This document shows positions 1 to 11,300 of a DNA stretch of 64,000 nucleotides, one piece after another. Numbering within the stretch: position 1 is the stretch's first letter; each line of letters opens with the position of its first letter. A program made the position numbers and the translations under genes. Below the pieces are notes generated by a model, which worked only from the letters and a program-made list of their open reading frames with translations, had not been told where the DNA came from and did no database searches. The stretch comes from Strigamia acuminata (lineage: Eukaryota). The stretch spans positions 20,522,001 to 20,586,000 of the forward strand of contig OX442314.1 of NCBI GenBank assembly GCA_949358305.1. The letters are read 5' to 3'.

Positions 1-237
1 GCAGACTGGCGTACTTCCTGTGGCTGGGTCAGGCGCCGTGCCTGAACCGCTGACCACTAACGTCTTGGCTGGACGTCTTGGCTTTCTAACATGTGTTGGA
101 TAAACAGCCGGCGGAAACGGTTGTCGTTTTACCGCAAAGAAACCTTATCGCTACGGACGGAACGGTTAATATATCCGTTCCGACTTCCGTAAACGGAACA
201 AAAATTTTTATTTTTTTGAACCCCGTTCTTGCGACTT

Positions 238-880
238 CCCCTGTCGTCACAGGCGGAGCAGATCCCGAGCAGATCCAATAGTCGGGACAAACTGTGTTTT
301 GTACTCCTTTCTGGCGAAATCCCCTGTCGTCACAGGCGGAGCAGATCCAATAGTCTGGACAAACTGTGTTTTGTACTCTGTTCTGGCGAAATCCCCTGTC
401 GTCACAGGCGGAGCGGAATGCCCCTGTCGTTACAGGCGGAGCGGAATGCCCCTGTCGTTACAGGCGGAGCGGAATGCCCCTGTCGTTACAGGCGGAGCGG
501 AATGCCCCTGTCGTTACAGGCGGAGCGGAATGCCCCTGTCGTTACAGGCGGAGCGGAATGCCCCTGTCGTTACAGGCGGAGCGGAATGCCCCTGTCGTTA
601 CAGGCGGAGCGGAATGCCCCTGTCGTTACAGGCGGAGCGGAATGCCCCTGTCGTTACAGGCGGAACGAATCCAAATATCAGGACAAACTTTGTTTTGAAC
701 CTCGTTCTGGCAAAATCCCCTGTCGTCACAGGCGAAGCGGATCCATTAGTCGGGAAAACTTGTTTTTTAGCCCCGCACTGGCGATTGCCCCTGTTGTTAC
801 AGGCGGAACGGATCCAAATATTGGGACAAGCTTTGTTTTTGAACCCCGTCCTTGCGAATACCCCTGTCGTCGCAGGCGGA
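238..880. repeat. Compound tandem repeat: ~72-bp units with an internal 9 x 28-bp expansion
   Basis: Core CCCCTGTCGTYACAGGCGGA at about 238, 321, 393, 717, 788, 861. 28-bp unit GCGGAATGCCCCTGTCGTTACAGGCGGA with cores at 421, 449, ... 645. Confidence 0.95.
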
Positions 881-3337
881 CCGGTAATTTTATCCGCTTC
901 GGATCCAACCGTAAACGGTACATACGCAGACGGATCGAACAATGTTTCTGATCCCGTCATCCCGGATAATATGGTTAATTTATCCGTTCCTATTACTGAC
1001 GAATCGAACATGTTCCGATTCCGTCATCCCAATCTCCCCTGTCGCCCAGTTGTTTCGGCTTGCGAGTTCTTGAGAGCCACTAGACAGATGGGCGAGCCAC
1101 TAGACAGATGGGCGGACCACCGCTCGTTGGGGTCACATTGAATGCAAATTGATCGGGAAGTTTGTGCGCATGAAAATGAAAAGTAGGTTTTGACCGAAAT
1201 TTAAGTCATAACTAAATTTAGTTATAAAGATCTTGTATTAGAATCACAAGAAGTGAAAAATATTCACTTTAATTTTGATTTTCTGTAGAAAAATCGAACA
1301 TCTTCGTAAAACGAGAATTCTACCACGTGGTAAAACCATAAACAGGTTAATAAATAAAAATTATTTTATAAATCTACCACGGGAAATTATAAAATTCAGT
1401 CCGAATTTATCGTTGTTTTGTCCGCCTACGGAACGTCGTTTTCACCGAATTCAAATTCGAATTATTTTCAATCGGCCATTTCAAGAAATTGACAAAAAAG
1501 TTATCAGACACTTACACCAACTTTTATTTGGGAAATAAGTACAAAGGAAAGTCGATACTGTTTAAAGAACAGGTTTATTTGTTCTCAAATTTTGGTTACA
1601 AGATTAACACATACCTCATACCTGATCAACCTTACTTTCGTTTCGTATAATCAAGACCGTGATTTTAAAATAGTAAAATCCAACAAGGCAAGGATTATCG
1701 CTCGAATGTTCTAATCCGATGAAAACATTTTACAGCTGCTTTGCCTAGAAACCAGAAGCGCCAAGAATCCAACGATTTAGCGTGCTTCCTAATTGTTATT
1801 AACAATTTTTCAATCGTGAATTCAGATTGTTTTAATCACAATCTTTGTTTATTTCGATTTATAACTTATATCGAATCAGAGTGTCACAGTTCTCTTGTAC
1901 GCATTTACGAAAGTGAATGAGATTGGTTTAGACAAATTTACTGGAAAAAGTTTCGATTGAAATAAATAGGAACAGAAATTTATCTATAATGTCTAAAAAT
2001 ATTCCGCTTTATTCTTGTGCTGTCAATTACAAGAAAGAAAGTTGCATTCACTTTAATGCTAAAATTCTTAAAGGCAAATAGGTAAACTTTGCGAATTGCA
2101 AAAATCGAATCATTTCAGTACGGGAAAAAGGAATAAAGTTTACTCTTCATTCTCAAAATAAATAGAATACATATCAAATTGGTAAATGAATCAATTTATT
2201 TTATTCTGATTTTACAAAATGGTAAACATATTTACCAGAACTATAAGTATTTATTCAGTTCAAGAACTTTTTTGAAGCCATCTGCACACTAATTGTATGT
2301 AGTAACAGATCGTTCAAAAGAACATTTCAATATTAAAAGTCCCTTTTTAAAATAAAATTGGAATATTTTAGAAGTTAGGTCAATCCAGACCATCACCTTT
2401 TACACTTGAAAGTATAATATATTACCAAGTTAAAGCACTTGCTTTTTCTCTAGTTTGTTGTAAGAACAACACGTCAAACATTTCGACTATTTAATAGATA
2501 TTACGAATATGAATAAACCAGATGACCTTTTAAATCCCTGATTATTAAGCGCAGTTAATAAGAATTCAAACGAATACTTTATTTGCATTACTTTTCAATA
2601 AGATTGGAAAACACTTGGTTTTTATAAAGTTTTATTTAAATAAAACATTTTATGTCGTTCATACTTGAATAACGATACATTAAGATCAATTGATAAATTT
2701 GCGTCGCCACAAGTGGAAATTCTATCGAATCACCATACGTAAGGGATCCCTTGAAATATTTAAGATAAATGAGAGATTTTTCATTAACATCATCTGTAAC
2801 CGAGATCTGAATCTAAATTTATTTTGCAAGAAATGAAATTTATCGTAAAAAAGTTAATTTTACCACTCGGTAAGACTTTTTAAAACTTATCATCGGAGGC
2901 TGAAAATTAAGCCGACTGGGACATAATCATGCCCACCTAGAAAATACGGCAGATACTGTCTATTCTGAAAAGAAAGCATGTGTTGGATAACAACAAAGAA
3001 CGCGATTACAAGAAATCGCAATTTCGAAAGAATTCGAAATAAGATCAAAAAAATCATTGCATTCTGAAATATGAATCTGAACTAGCCACGTATAATTTCG
3101 ATTAAGTAAACAGGTTAATAAATAAATATATTTATTTTCATACTTATAAAAAATAAGGATATACCTGATTACAAAGTAAAACTTTTTACATAAATAGGAT
3201 TATTTTCACAAACCCATATTATTTATCTGGAATAGTCCATCGAATTACGATCGAAGTCCATATCGAAATCGTTTGCCAAAGAGAAAGCGAAGAAATGGAA
3301 TGTAACACATACAATAATGTATTCGTTGTTGTCTAAC

Positions 3338-3829
3338 AACTAATAGTAGTTCGCACTCTAAAAGGAGTTACTAATTTACGACCTAGTCTGCCACGGTACG
3401 TGGCAACATGGGATGTGGGTTTGGCTCTCAACGAATTGCGCAAACTCTGGCCACACGACAACTTAGATTGGATATGTCTACAAGAAAAGACACTTATTCT
3501 GCTTGCTTAACTACTGCAGCTAGAGTAAGCTCACTGCAACAATTGAAAACCTCGGAAATGACAGTGTCAACCGACGCTGTAATTTTCAACTCCAAAACTA
3601 TGCACAAGATTCTCGTGCGGGTCACCATACGGTTTACCGTCAAGAGTTCGGTGCTCATTCGACGCGAGCTGCGGCCACCAGTGCAGCCGCCAGTGTTATT
3701 CCGGTGCAACAAATATTAGGTGTTGCCGGTTGGACCTCCGAACAAACATTCGCGAGGTTCTACAACAAAACTATTGTCAACCACAATGCTTTTCAAGAAT
3801 CAGTCCTAAACAGACCGATTCCAAAATAA
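3338..3829 (+). pseudogene. DIRS-type tyrosine recombinase remnant (frameshifted, internally deleted)
   Basis: LKGVTNLRPSLPRYVATWDV...KTLILLA/LTTAARVSSLQQL (1-nt frameshift near 3508)...FGAHSTRAAATSAA...AGWTSEQTFARFYNKTI: catalytic R, HxxR, W and Y of DIRS1-class YR. Confidence 0.85.
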
Positions 3830-4364
3830 TTTCATAAAATAAAAAATGATTAAACTGAAAAATTGTTAAACTTGTTTTTTCCAAAACATTTTTATTTTTA
3901 TCCTATGGAAAAAAGTTACCTTTCAAGTCTCCTGTTTAGCCGGAGATTACAAAGAGTGAATGTAATCTCGGCTGAACGAAGTGAAGCGGAGCGAAGCGGA
4001 GCGAACGAGTGAAAGCCGATAGCATTCACTCGTGTAATTGGAGGTTTAACAGGACCCACCACATCCTCCCTTGTCACAACTAATTCATTTGGTCTCCATT
4101 TACCTCCAGCTAATAACTTTTAGTTACACTCTAACGCTTATAATTAAGAAATATCGTAAATACGCTTACCGTCAACTCGGTGCTGTTGTTGACTCCATTT
4201 TTTCCTTCACTTCCTTTTTTCCAGGATATAGCTTTTAAGACTGACGTAACCCGACTAGTAGCGCCATCTCCTGTTAAACCTCCAATTACACGAGTGAATG
4301 CTATCGGCTTTCACTCGTTCGCTCCGCTTCGCTCCGCTTCACTTCGTTCAGCCGAGATTACATT
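3338..4364 (+). mobile_element. 3' part of DIRS-like retrotransposon (YR remnant plus complementary terminal region)
   Basis: YR remnant followed by a perfect 96-bp inverted repeat 3959-4054 / 4269-4364, consistent with the ICR/terminal-repeat layout of DIRS elements. Confidence 0.75.
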
Positions 4365-4696
4365 AACCAACAGAGATAAGTACGGTGCAATCTTTTTTTG
4401 GGGATTTGAACAATCTTCAATATGCCATAAATAAAACCATTTTCGCAAATCACAATTTCGCTTATCTTTGCTGGTTCTTGATGTATAGTAACTGGATATG
4501 GTTTTGGTTACGGTTATGGTTATACAATATGGCGGCCCACGAGTCCTCCTCGATTCATAAAATTATCATGCACTTTGCCATTTGCAATCAAATACAAAGT
4601 GGCAAAGTGCAAATTGAAATAAATGCACTCTGCAATTTGTAATCAAATACAAAGTGACAAAGTGAAAAGTGAAAAAAATGAAAAATTAGATTATAA

Positions 4697-5189
4697 GGTG
4701 CATTAAATCTTAAATCGATTTCTTTGATTTCTTTGATTTTCTTCTGGAGACCAGAAATGATGATGTTCGAATTTCAGCACATCCACGTGCAGGGTCGCTT
4801 TTCTTGATTTTCTTGATTTTCAGCCATCTTGATTTTCACATAGTGATCAAAGCACGTTGCAACAACACTTCTACATGATTCTGATGTAAAACTCGGTATC
4901 GATTGTGTTTAAATTCCCTGACATGTATTTTTTAGACGGAACCGCTATTTTTTGGCTGTATTTGAGCACTCTAATGCGGCGGTGGTATTTCATTTCCCGG
5001 ACATGGGTCAGAACGGAAATCTGCTGTTTTTTTGGTCTTATTTTTTCTATGTTGTCTTGATACAACAACAGTAAATGAAGTTGATCCAATAGTTTAAAGT
5101 CATTCAAAGTTATATAACATCCTGATTTGTTTGTTTTCTAAAAATCAAGAAAATCGGATTTCCGAAATCCATTTAAGATTGAATGCACC
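4697..5189. mobile_element. PIF/Harbinger-type (Tourist-like) MITE
   Basis: TIR GGTGCATT(A/C)AATCTTAAAT(C/G)GATTTC at both ends; TAA on both flanks (4694-4696, 5190-5192). Confidence 0.8.
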
Positions 5190-5312
5190 TAATATAATTT
5201 TACTTTTGTAGTTTGGTTGCTCGAGTGACAAAATTGATATTTTAAAATTAGATTATGACGTTGTCATTTCTCATTTGTACACGAATAATTGGGTTTGAAT
5301 CTTTGTGGATAG

Positions 5313-8300
5313 ATTGGACAAGCTTGAAACCGAATCAAGTGTGGGTACCAAGAGTGAGATTGAAATTTTTTGCCGAAGATGCTTATCAGTTTGCTAATCG
5401 CATTCTTGCTGCTGTGGCTGCGAGAAATACAGCGGAGCAATTAATCCGATATTGGCTTTGTGTAGACGGGATGCCAACAGAGGGCATGAGTTGCATGGAC
5501 GAGCAAATGATAGAAAGAATTATTAAATGGTCAACTAATGATAATTTAAAGAAGACCTGGAAAGAGTAATCAGCGTTAAAAAATTCATAAAATGTGTTGT
5601 TGCTGTTTAATTCGAATTACATAATGATTGCGCCGAATATTTTGGTTAATTTTAAGTTTAATTTAAGTTTACTTTAAGTTTTCAGAAATATTTGGTGATT
5701 TATCTGCGTGAAGCGAAGTTAAGTTATCAGAAATGTATGAACAGATTATTGTTTGATCATGTATTGACTACTGATCCTGAATTAAAAGGAGCTGTAGAAA
5801 TTATACCACCAAAACCAACATATGAAGTTGAATTTAAAGGTTAGACAGTTTTGTAGACTTTATGGAGTATAATCGATCTAAAAATATGTATCAGGTGTTC
5901 CTGATATGGCTCGATATTCATTTCCTTCTGTAAAAAGGAAATTTATATTTCGTTCATTCCTGGTGTTCAAAGAAGCTGTGTGGACAATGGCGAAAGTGCG
6001 AGAGGAGTGCAATAGACCCATGGATATGAATTTGTTTGTAACATCATCATCTAAAAGTGTGAAGTTAGAGGAGTTTGAATTAGTGCAAGCGCAGGCTACG
6101 CAACAGGTTTAAAATACACTTTAATTGCAATAATCTGAAAGCATGTTTAGGAAGAAAAAAAATATTTTTATTAGGTGCACTTATTTCTGAAGGATTCATG
6201 GGGTTCTAAAATTGTTATCACCATCCGAGGTTTCATTCAATATGTAGGTAAAGGTTGGTTCGACATGAATGAAACCAATTGGACCATCTATCAAATGTCA
6301 AAATTAAAAAAGTTTTTAAAAGTGGTGAAATTTATGATGCAAGTAAGCTTATTTAAATTTATTTTGAAACATTATTATTTTTTTATTGGAATTTCTTATT
6401 AGGATAGTCTTCGGTATCTTGTGATGGATTCGCTAAGAGCTTTTGTTCAATTAATTACGGATGCTGCAAAAGATACTTTACATCTTACAGAAAAATTCGA
6501 ATGGGGATCTGATTTAAAGACAAGTCCTTTTAAGTAAGATTTTATTTCATTTTATTTTATTAAATTTAATTTCACTTGTAGGTATTTACCAGTGGGAATT
6601 CATTCCCTTGGCGAATGGAAATACAATGTAATAACAAGGACTGTAGTGGAAGTAAAATATTCTGCAAAATTTAAAATGTGATCACTAAACACAGTTGTCT
6701 GTGTTTGTCTTCTCAATTTCAGTAATAACAGATTGCAAACAAATCATGTTTTATTGCTTAAATGTCGTGCGCATGCCCACTGCGACTGAAAACGACTAGT
6801 TCGTCGCAAATGCATCATCTTGTATAAGAGATGCATTTAAAAGGAAGCATGAGACATTTACATCATGCTGTTATTTCCATGACACTGCACGTTTATGACT
6901 ATTTTTAAAAACTACACTGTTATCCAAAAGTTTAATTAAAAAAAATTCTTCCAGGGAATGAAACATTAAAAAAGTAAATCACCTCGTGAAATTACCGGTA
7001 TAGAGTTTGTGCTTTCTAGCATCTAGTTTCCAGTTGAACGTGTCTTGGGTGTATTGAATTAACACTGCGCAGAGTAAAACATTTCATTTAAGAAAATAGT
7101 GGTTGAATAAAACTATCCTTTATTGTTTGTGTAAACATTAAATGACACGCCGTTAGTTTAGTTAAGGGCTTCAGGTGCTTTTTACAATTAAAGCCGAATG
7201 ATTTGTGCATCATTTAATAATTACATACAAATCGTGCAATATTTGGGACATGGACATTTGTGAGTTCGGTTTTTGCACAAGTATAATAAACCAATAAAAA
7301 TTCATAAAACGTTCTAACAATATGTTAAAACACTTACCGGTAGTAGCACAGGTCCACAATAAATTTCATGCCACTCTTGCAAAGTATGATTATACTTATC
7401 ATAAGACGCATTTCCAATATAAATAGGAAAAAATTATTTTTATATGCATTTCCATAACAACTAGAAGAAAATCGTTTTGGACGCATTTACACTAATACAC
7501 AATAAAAGCTGTTTTCTACGGCAAGGTATGGATTGAAGGGTTGTTGGACATCGGAATTTCCGGATAATTGAGGGGATGATAAAGCTATAAAAAACAATTT
7601 ATGCGCACAAGGTTTTCTTCAAATTCATTGTCAGCCATTCACTCTTGCCCTGTGTTAAGCGACAGTGGTGGGCCGGTACAGCCCCAAAAGAACCGAGTTT
7701 TTACGGCAAATCTCGCAAATTTTAAAATTTTTGCATAATTTATGATGATTTTTATGAAAATAATATTTCTACATGTACCATTAACCATTTATTTATTTTT
7801 TATTTTTTATGCACAGACCGAAAAGAAACCCTTTGTTCGTGTTAGATCTCATTATTGATACCACTGGCATACGATACGGGACTGAAATTGATACTTTCCT
7901 AACTGTATTTCTCAGCTTGTTTACCAGAGGAGTAAATGCAGTCAGCATAGTGGAAGAAGTTGAAAGGGTAAATAAATTCGATTATAAGTACGTCAAATAA
8001 GAAAAGATTATGGGCTTGGTAGTTTGCATAAGTAAACGAATAATGTAGATTTTTGCATCCGTATTACGACTCATCTCCCATCTTCATAGCGAACAAACAT
8101 TTTTTTTTAAAATTAAGAATTTCTTCTAGTTTGTAATGACTTCCCTTTACTGGCACGAAGCTACAACGTTGAATACAGTTGGAATTAAGGATCCAGAAGT
8201 GAAGGAAATGAAGAGAGCCTTAAAACGTGCTGTTTCTCAGTCTATCATACCACTGAAAGCGTTCAGCCAAGAGTTTCAGCAGTTTTTACCATTAGCGAGG

Positions 8301-11300
8301 AGGGAATTATCGCAGTATATTAAGTAAAGAAACATTAGATATTATATTCGATCTACGGTTACAGATTTTAACTGTATTATTTTTTAGTGATTACAATGAG
8401 AACGTAGAATCTAATTTGCTGGACGTTAAAAGGGAAATTGACAGGTTGCTTTCATATAAGTCACAACTAGAACAAAGATTACCTAGTTCTATAATAATTG
8501 GACCATATTTAATTCAACTCGAAAATACGAGACAATATCTGTTTAAAAAATGCAAGGCGTTATCAGAAGGACTGCTAGATTTTATAATAAAAACTATTAA
8601 GAGTAACGTGGATGAGGTATGGAGATGGAAAAGTATTTTGTGGAAAATGACGTTATTTTGCGGGCAAATGGCGGACAACAAACATCCCGCATTTACATTT
8701 TGGGCAAACGTTATAACTATAGTTCAATTTTATTTAACGTTTGATTTAAAAATAATATCTAAAAATACAATAAATAATTTTTAGGCATTATTTTTAAATC
8801 AAACGTTAATTAAAATTGAACTATAATGATAACATTTTAAAATTTTTTTTGGATTTTAAAAAAATGGCGGATGTGAAGTCCCGTACTGATCGTACTATGA
8901 TAGTCTGAACTAATTGGGAGACTAAATGTTCGTAAAACCGATTTGTTCGCCTAATCACAAGCATGTTTGGCGGTGAAAGTTAATAATGTTTTAATTGATT
9001 TTTAGATTACCAATGAATATAAAGCTCTAAGTCTAAAGCTCCGAGAAAAACCACGATCTTTAGAAAACATAAATGAAATAAAAGATTGGATGAGGTCAGT
9101 TCCAGGAATCGTAATGCAACTAACGAACCAAGCAAAAACAGTCCTATTAGATTTCGCAATCCCAGAGAGTTACTTTTACGTATTATCTGACGACGATTTC
9201 AGAGAAAAGTAAATACGATATAAAAAAAAAACAACTAAATAAATAAATAAGCACTAAAAATTGAATTATTATTAGAGGAAGTTTGAAACTTTGGCCGATA
9301 CAAATCGAAAAACAATTAGAATTCTGCAGAAAGATGTTGGTCGATGAAGAAGAAAAATTCGCGAGACTTCTTGTATTAGATCAATCAAATTTGAAAGAAA
9401 GACTGGAAAACCTAATGGTAGGAAAAATGTAAATATTATTTTAACGTTTTGTGATTATTTTTGTGTTTGTTTAGCTTACAATTGGTAACTTAAACATGTG
9501 TTCAGACTTAACCAAAGCTAACGAATATGCGAATGACGTGCGAAAAATCATGAAAAGTCTAAAGGAATGCCAGGATTTGTCACTGGTGTATAATAAACGC
9601 GAAATAATAATTGGAGTGCCAATAACCAGCTACGCTATGATACCCAAAATGAATAAGTTGTTCGAACCGTACAAACAACTTTGGCTGACAGCATCTGATT
9701 GGCTTAAGTGGTACGATGGTTGGATGAATGATTCTATCGTGACTATCGATCCGGAAGCATTGGAAAAAAATGTAAACGACGCAATTAAGGGAATATCGAA
9801 GCTGCTTAAAATATTTTCTGAACTTCCAAGTAAGTATACGGTATTTAAAATCTTTTTGTTTTTCTTGGTTTTTCTATTTCTTCCGATAATTACGGCCTTG
9901 GGGAATTGAAAATTTTGGTTATAATCACTGCAGGATTCATTTTCTCATGTGTTCTTTGGAATTAATCTTTTCTTTTTTACCCTTTTGTTATTGTTTACTT
10001 TTTGGCTGATGTTATTGTATGTTTGGAATTTGTAGATTAAACTTTTTCTGTCAACATTACTTCTGCAAGCAGTTTTTGAGAAACCCTAGTGTATTTAAAA
10101 AATACATACCGGTAATCAAAATGTATGTTGATTCGATAGAAGTCTAATTAGAAATTCCATGGGGCAAGATATTAATTAGGCCCTACATTTTACAAGTGTT
10201 TACGTGGGAAAACTAATAAAATTGCTTGGATGATGTTTTGGGCTCAGTTTGGGATTTATCGACGGAATTTGTTCTTTAAAAAGCTCTTTTAAATGCACAC
10301 GTGTAGGCGAATTTAAATGAACATATGCCTAGAGCATAACTCGCTCGAATAGCATAACAAATTTTGAATTGCAAATTTAAATTTTTTTTTTATATATATA
10401 AAATATTTAATTTGTCATTTTTTGAAGAGAATTATCAAAGGGCCTCGAAGCCCAGAGGTTATCGTGTTAGAAACAAAAAATTGGTGGGTAACTTAAAGAT
10501 TTAGGCTTTGCTGTAATGTAAATAATAAATAATAAAAACTCCATTTTTTGTGGATTTACGGATTTAATGTATAGGGACCCCACAGTTGAGACTGTTCTGA
10601 GCGCCGTCTCAAATCCCAAGGGCTCTGTGAATAATGAATATATTTGTTTTTTTTTATTTAATATAGATATATGTGTGATTATTACGGAATTAAAGGAACA
10701 AATGGAAAAATTTCAACCCAAAGTTCCAGTTATACAAGCACTTCGGAATCCTGGAATGAGACCAAGACATTGGGATGAAGTAAGTATTTACCTTGAGAGA
10801 CATAAATGGCATCATTAAATGAGTATTCTATAATAAATTTTTTTTATGGTATTACATCTGAGCATGAAGTTGCTTGTTAAGTGGCATCTGTCACAGCTCA
10901 GCTACTTCAAATTGTTATTGCTTTAATGCTTTAATTTTTTCATTTTTAACATTAATTTTTTATTTTTTTTTTTTAGATTTCGGAGAAGATGGGTTTCAAA
11001 GTAAGTCCAAAACCAAATATATCATTTGCAAAGTATGTTGAAATGGGGCTCGACGAACATATGGACTTCATGGCTAAAATTGGTGATGCAGCAACTAAAG
11101 AATTTCAGATTGAAGTTGTACGTTTTCTTTACTGAAGAAAATTTAATCTTTTAAGTTGAAAATTGAATTTTTAGGACCTAGAAAAAATGGAAGCTTTATG
11201 GCTTGGTCAATCACTTTCTATTATTCCCTACAAGATGAGCGGCACTTACACGATGAAAATATCGGAAGAAAATCAACAAATGTTGGATGATCAGATCGTT

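Noticed and set aside
238..880. CRISPR-like array (28-bp hairpin repeat with ~44-bp intervening sequence)
   Set aside because: Intervening segments are homologous to one another, nine units have no spacer, there are no cas genes, and the context is eukaryotic.
229..951. Overlapping 240-aa, 110-aa and minus-strand ORFs as separate genes
   Set aside because: They arise from a stop-free 28-bp repeat that is open in all frames.
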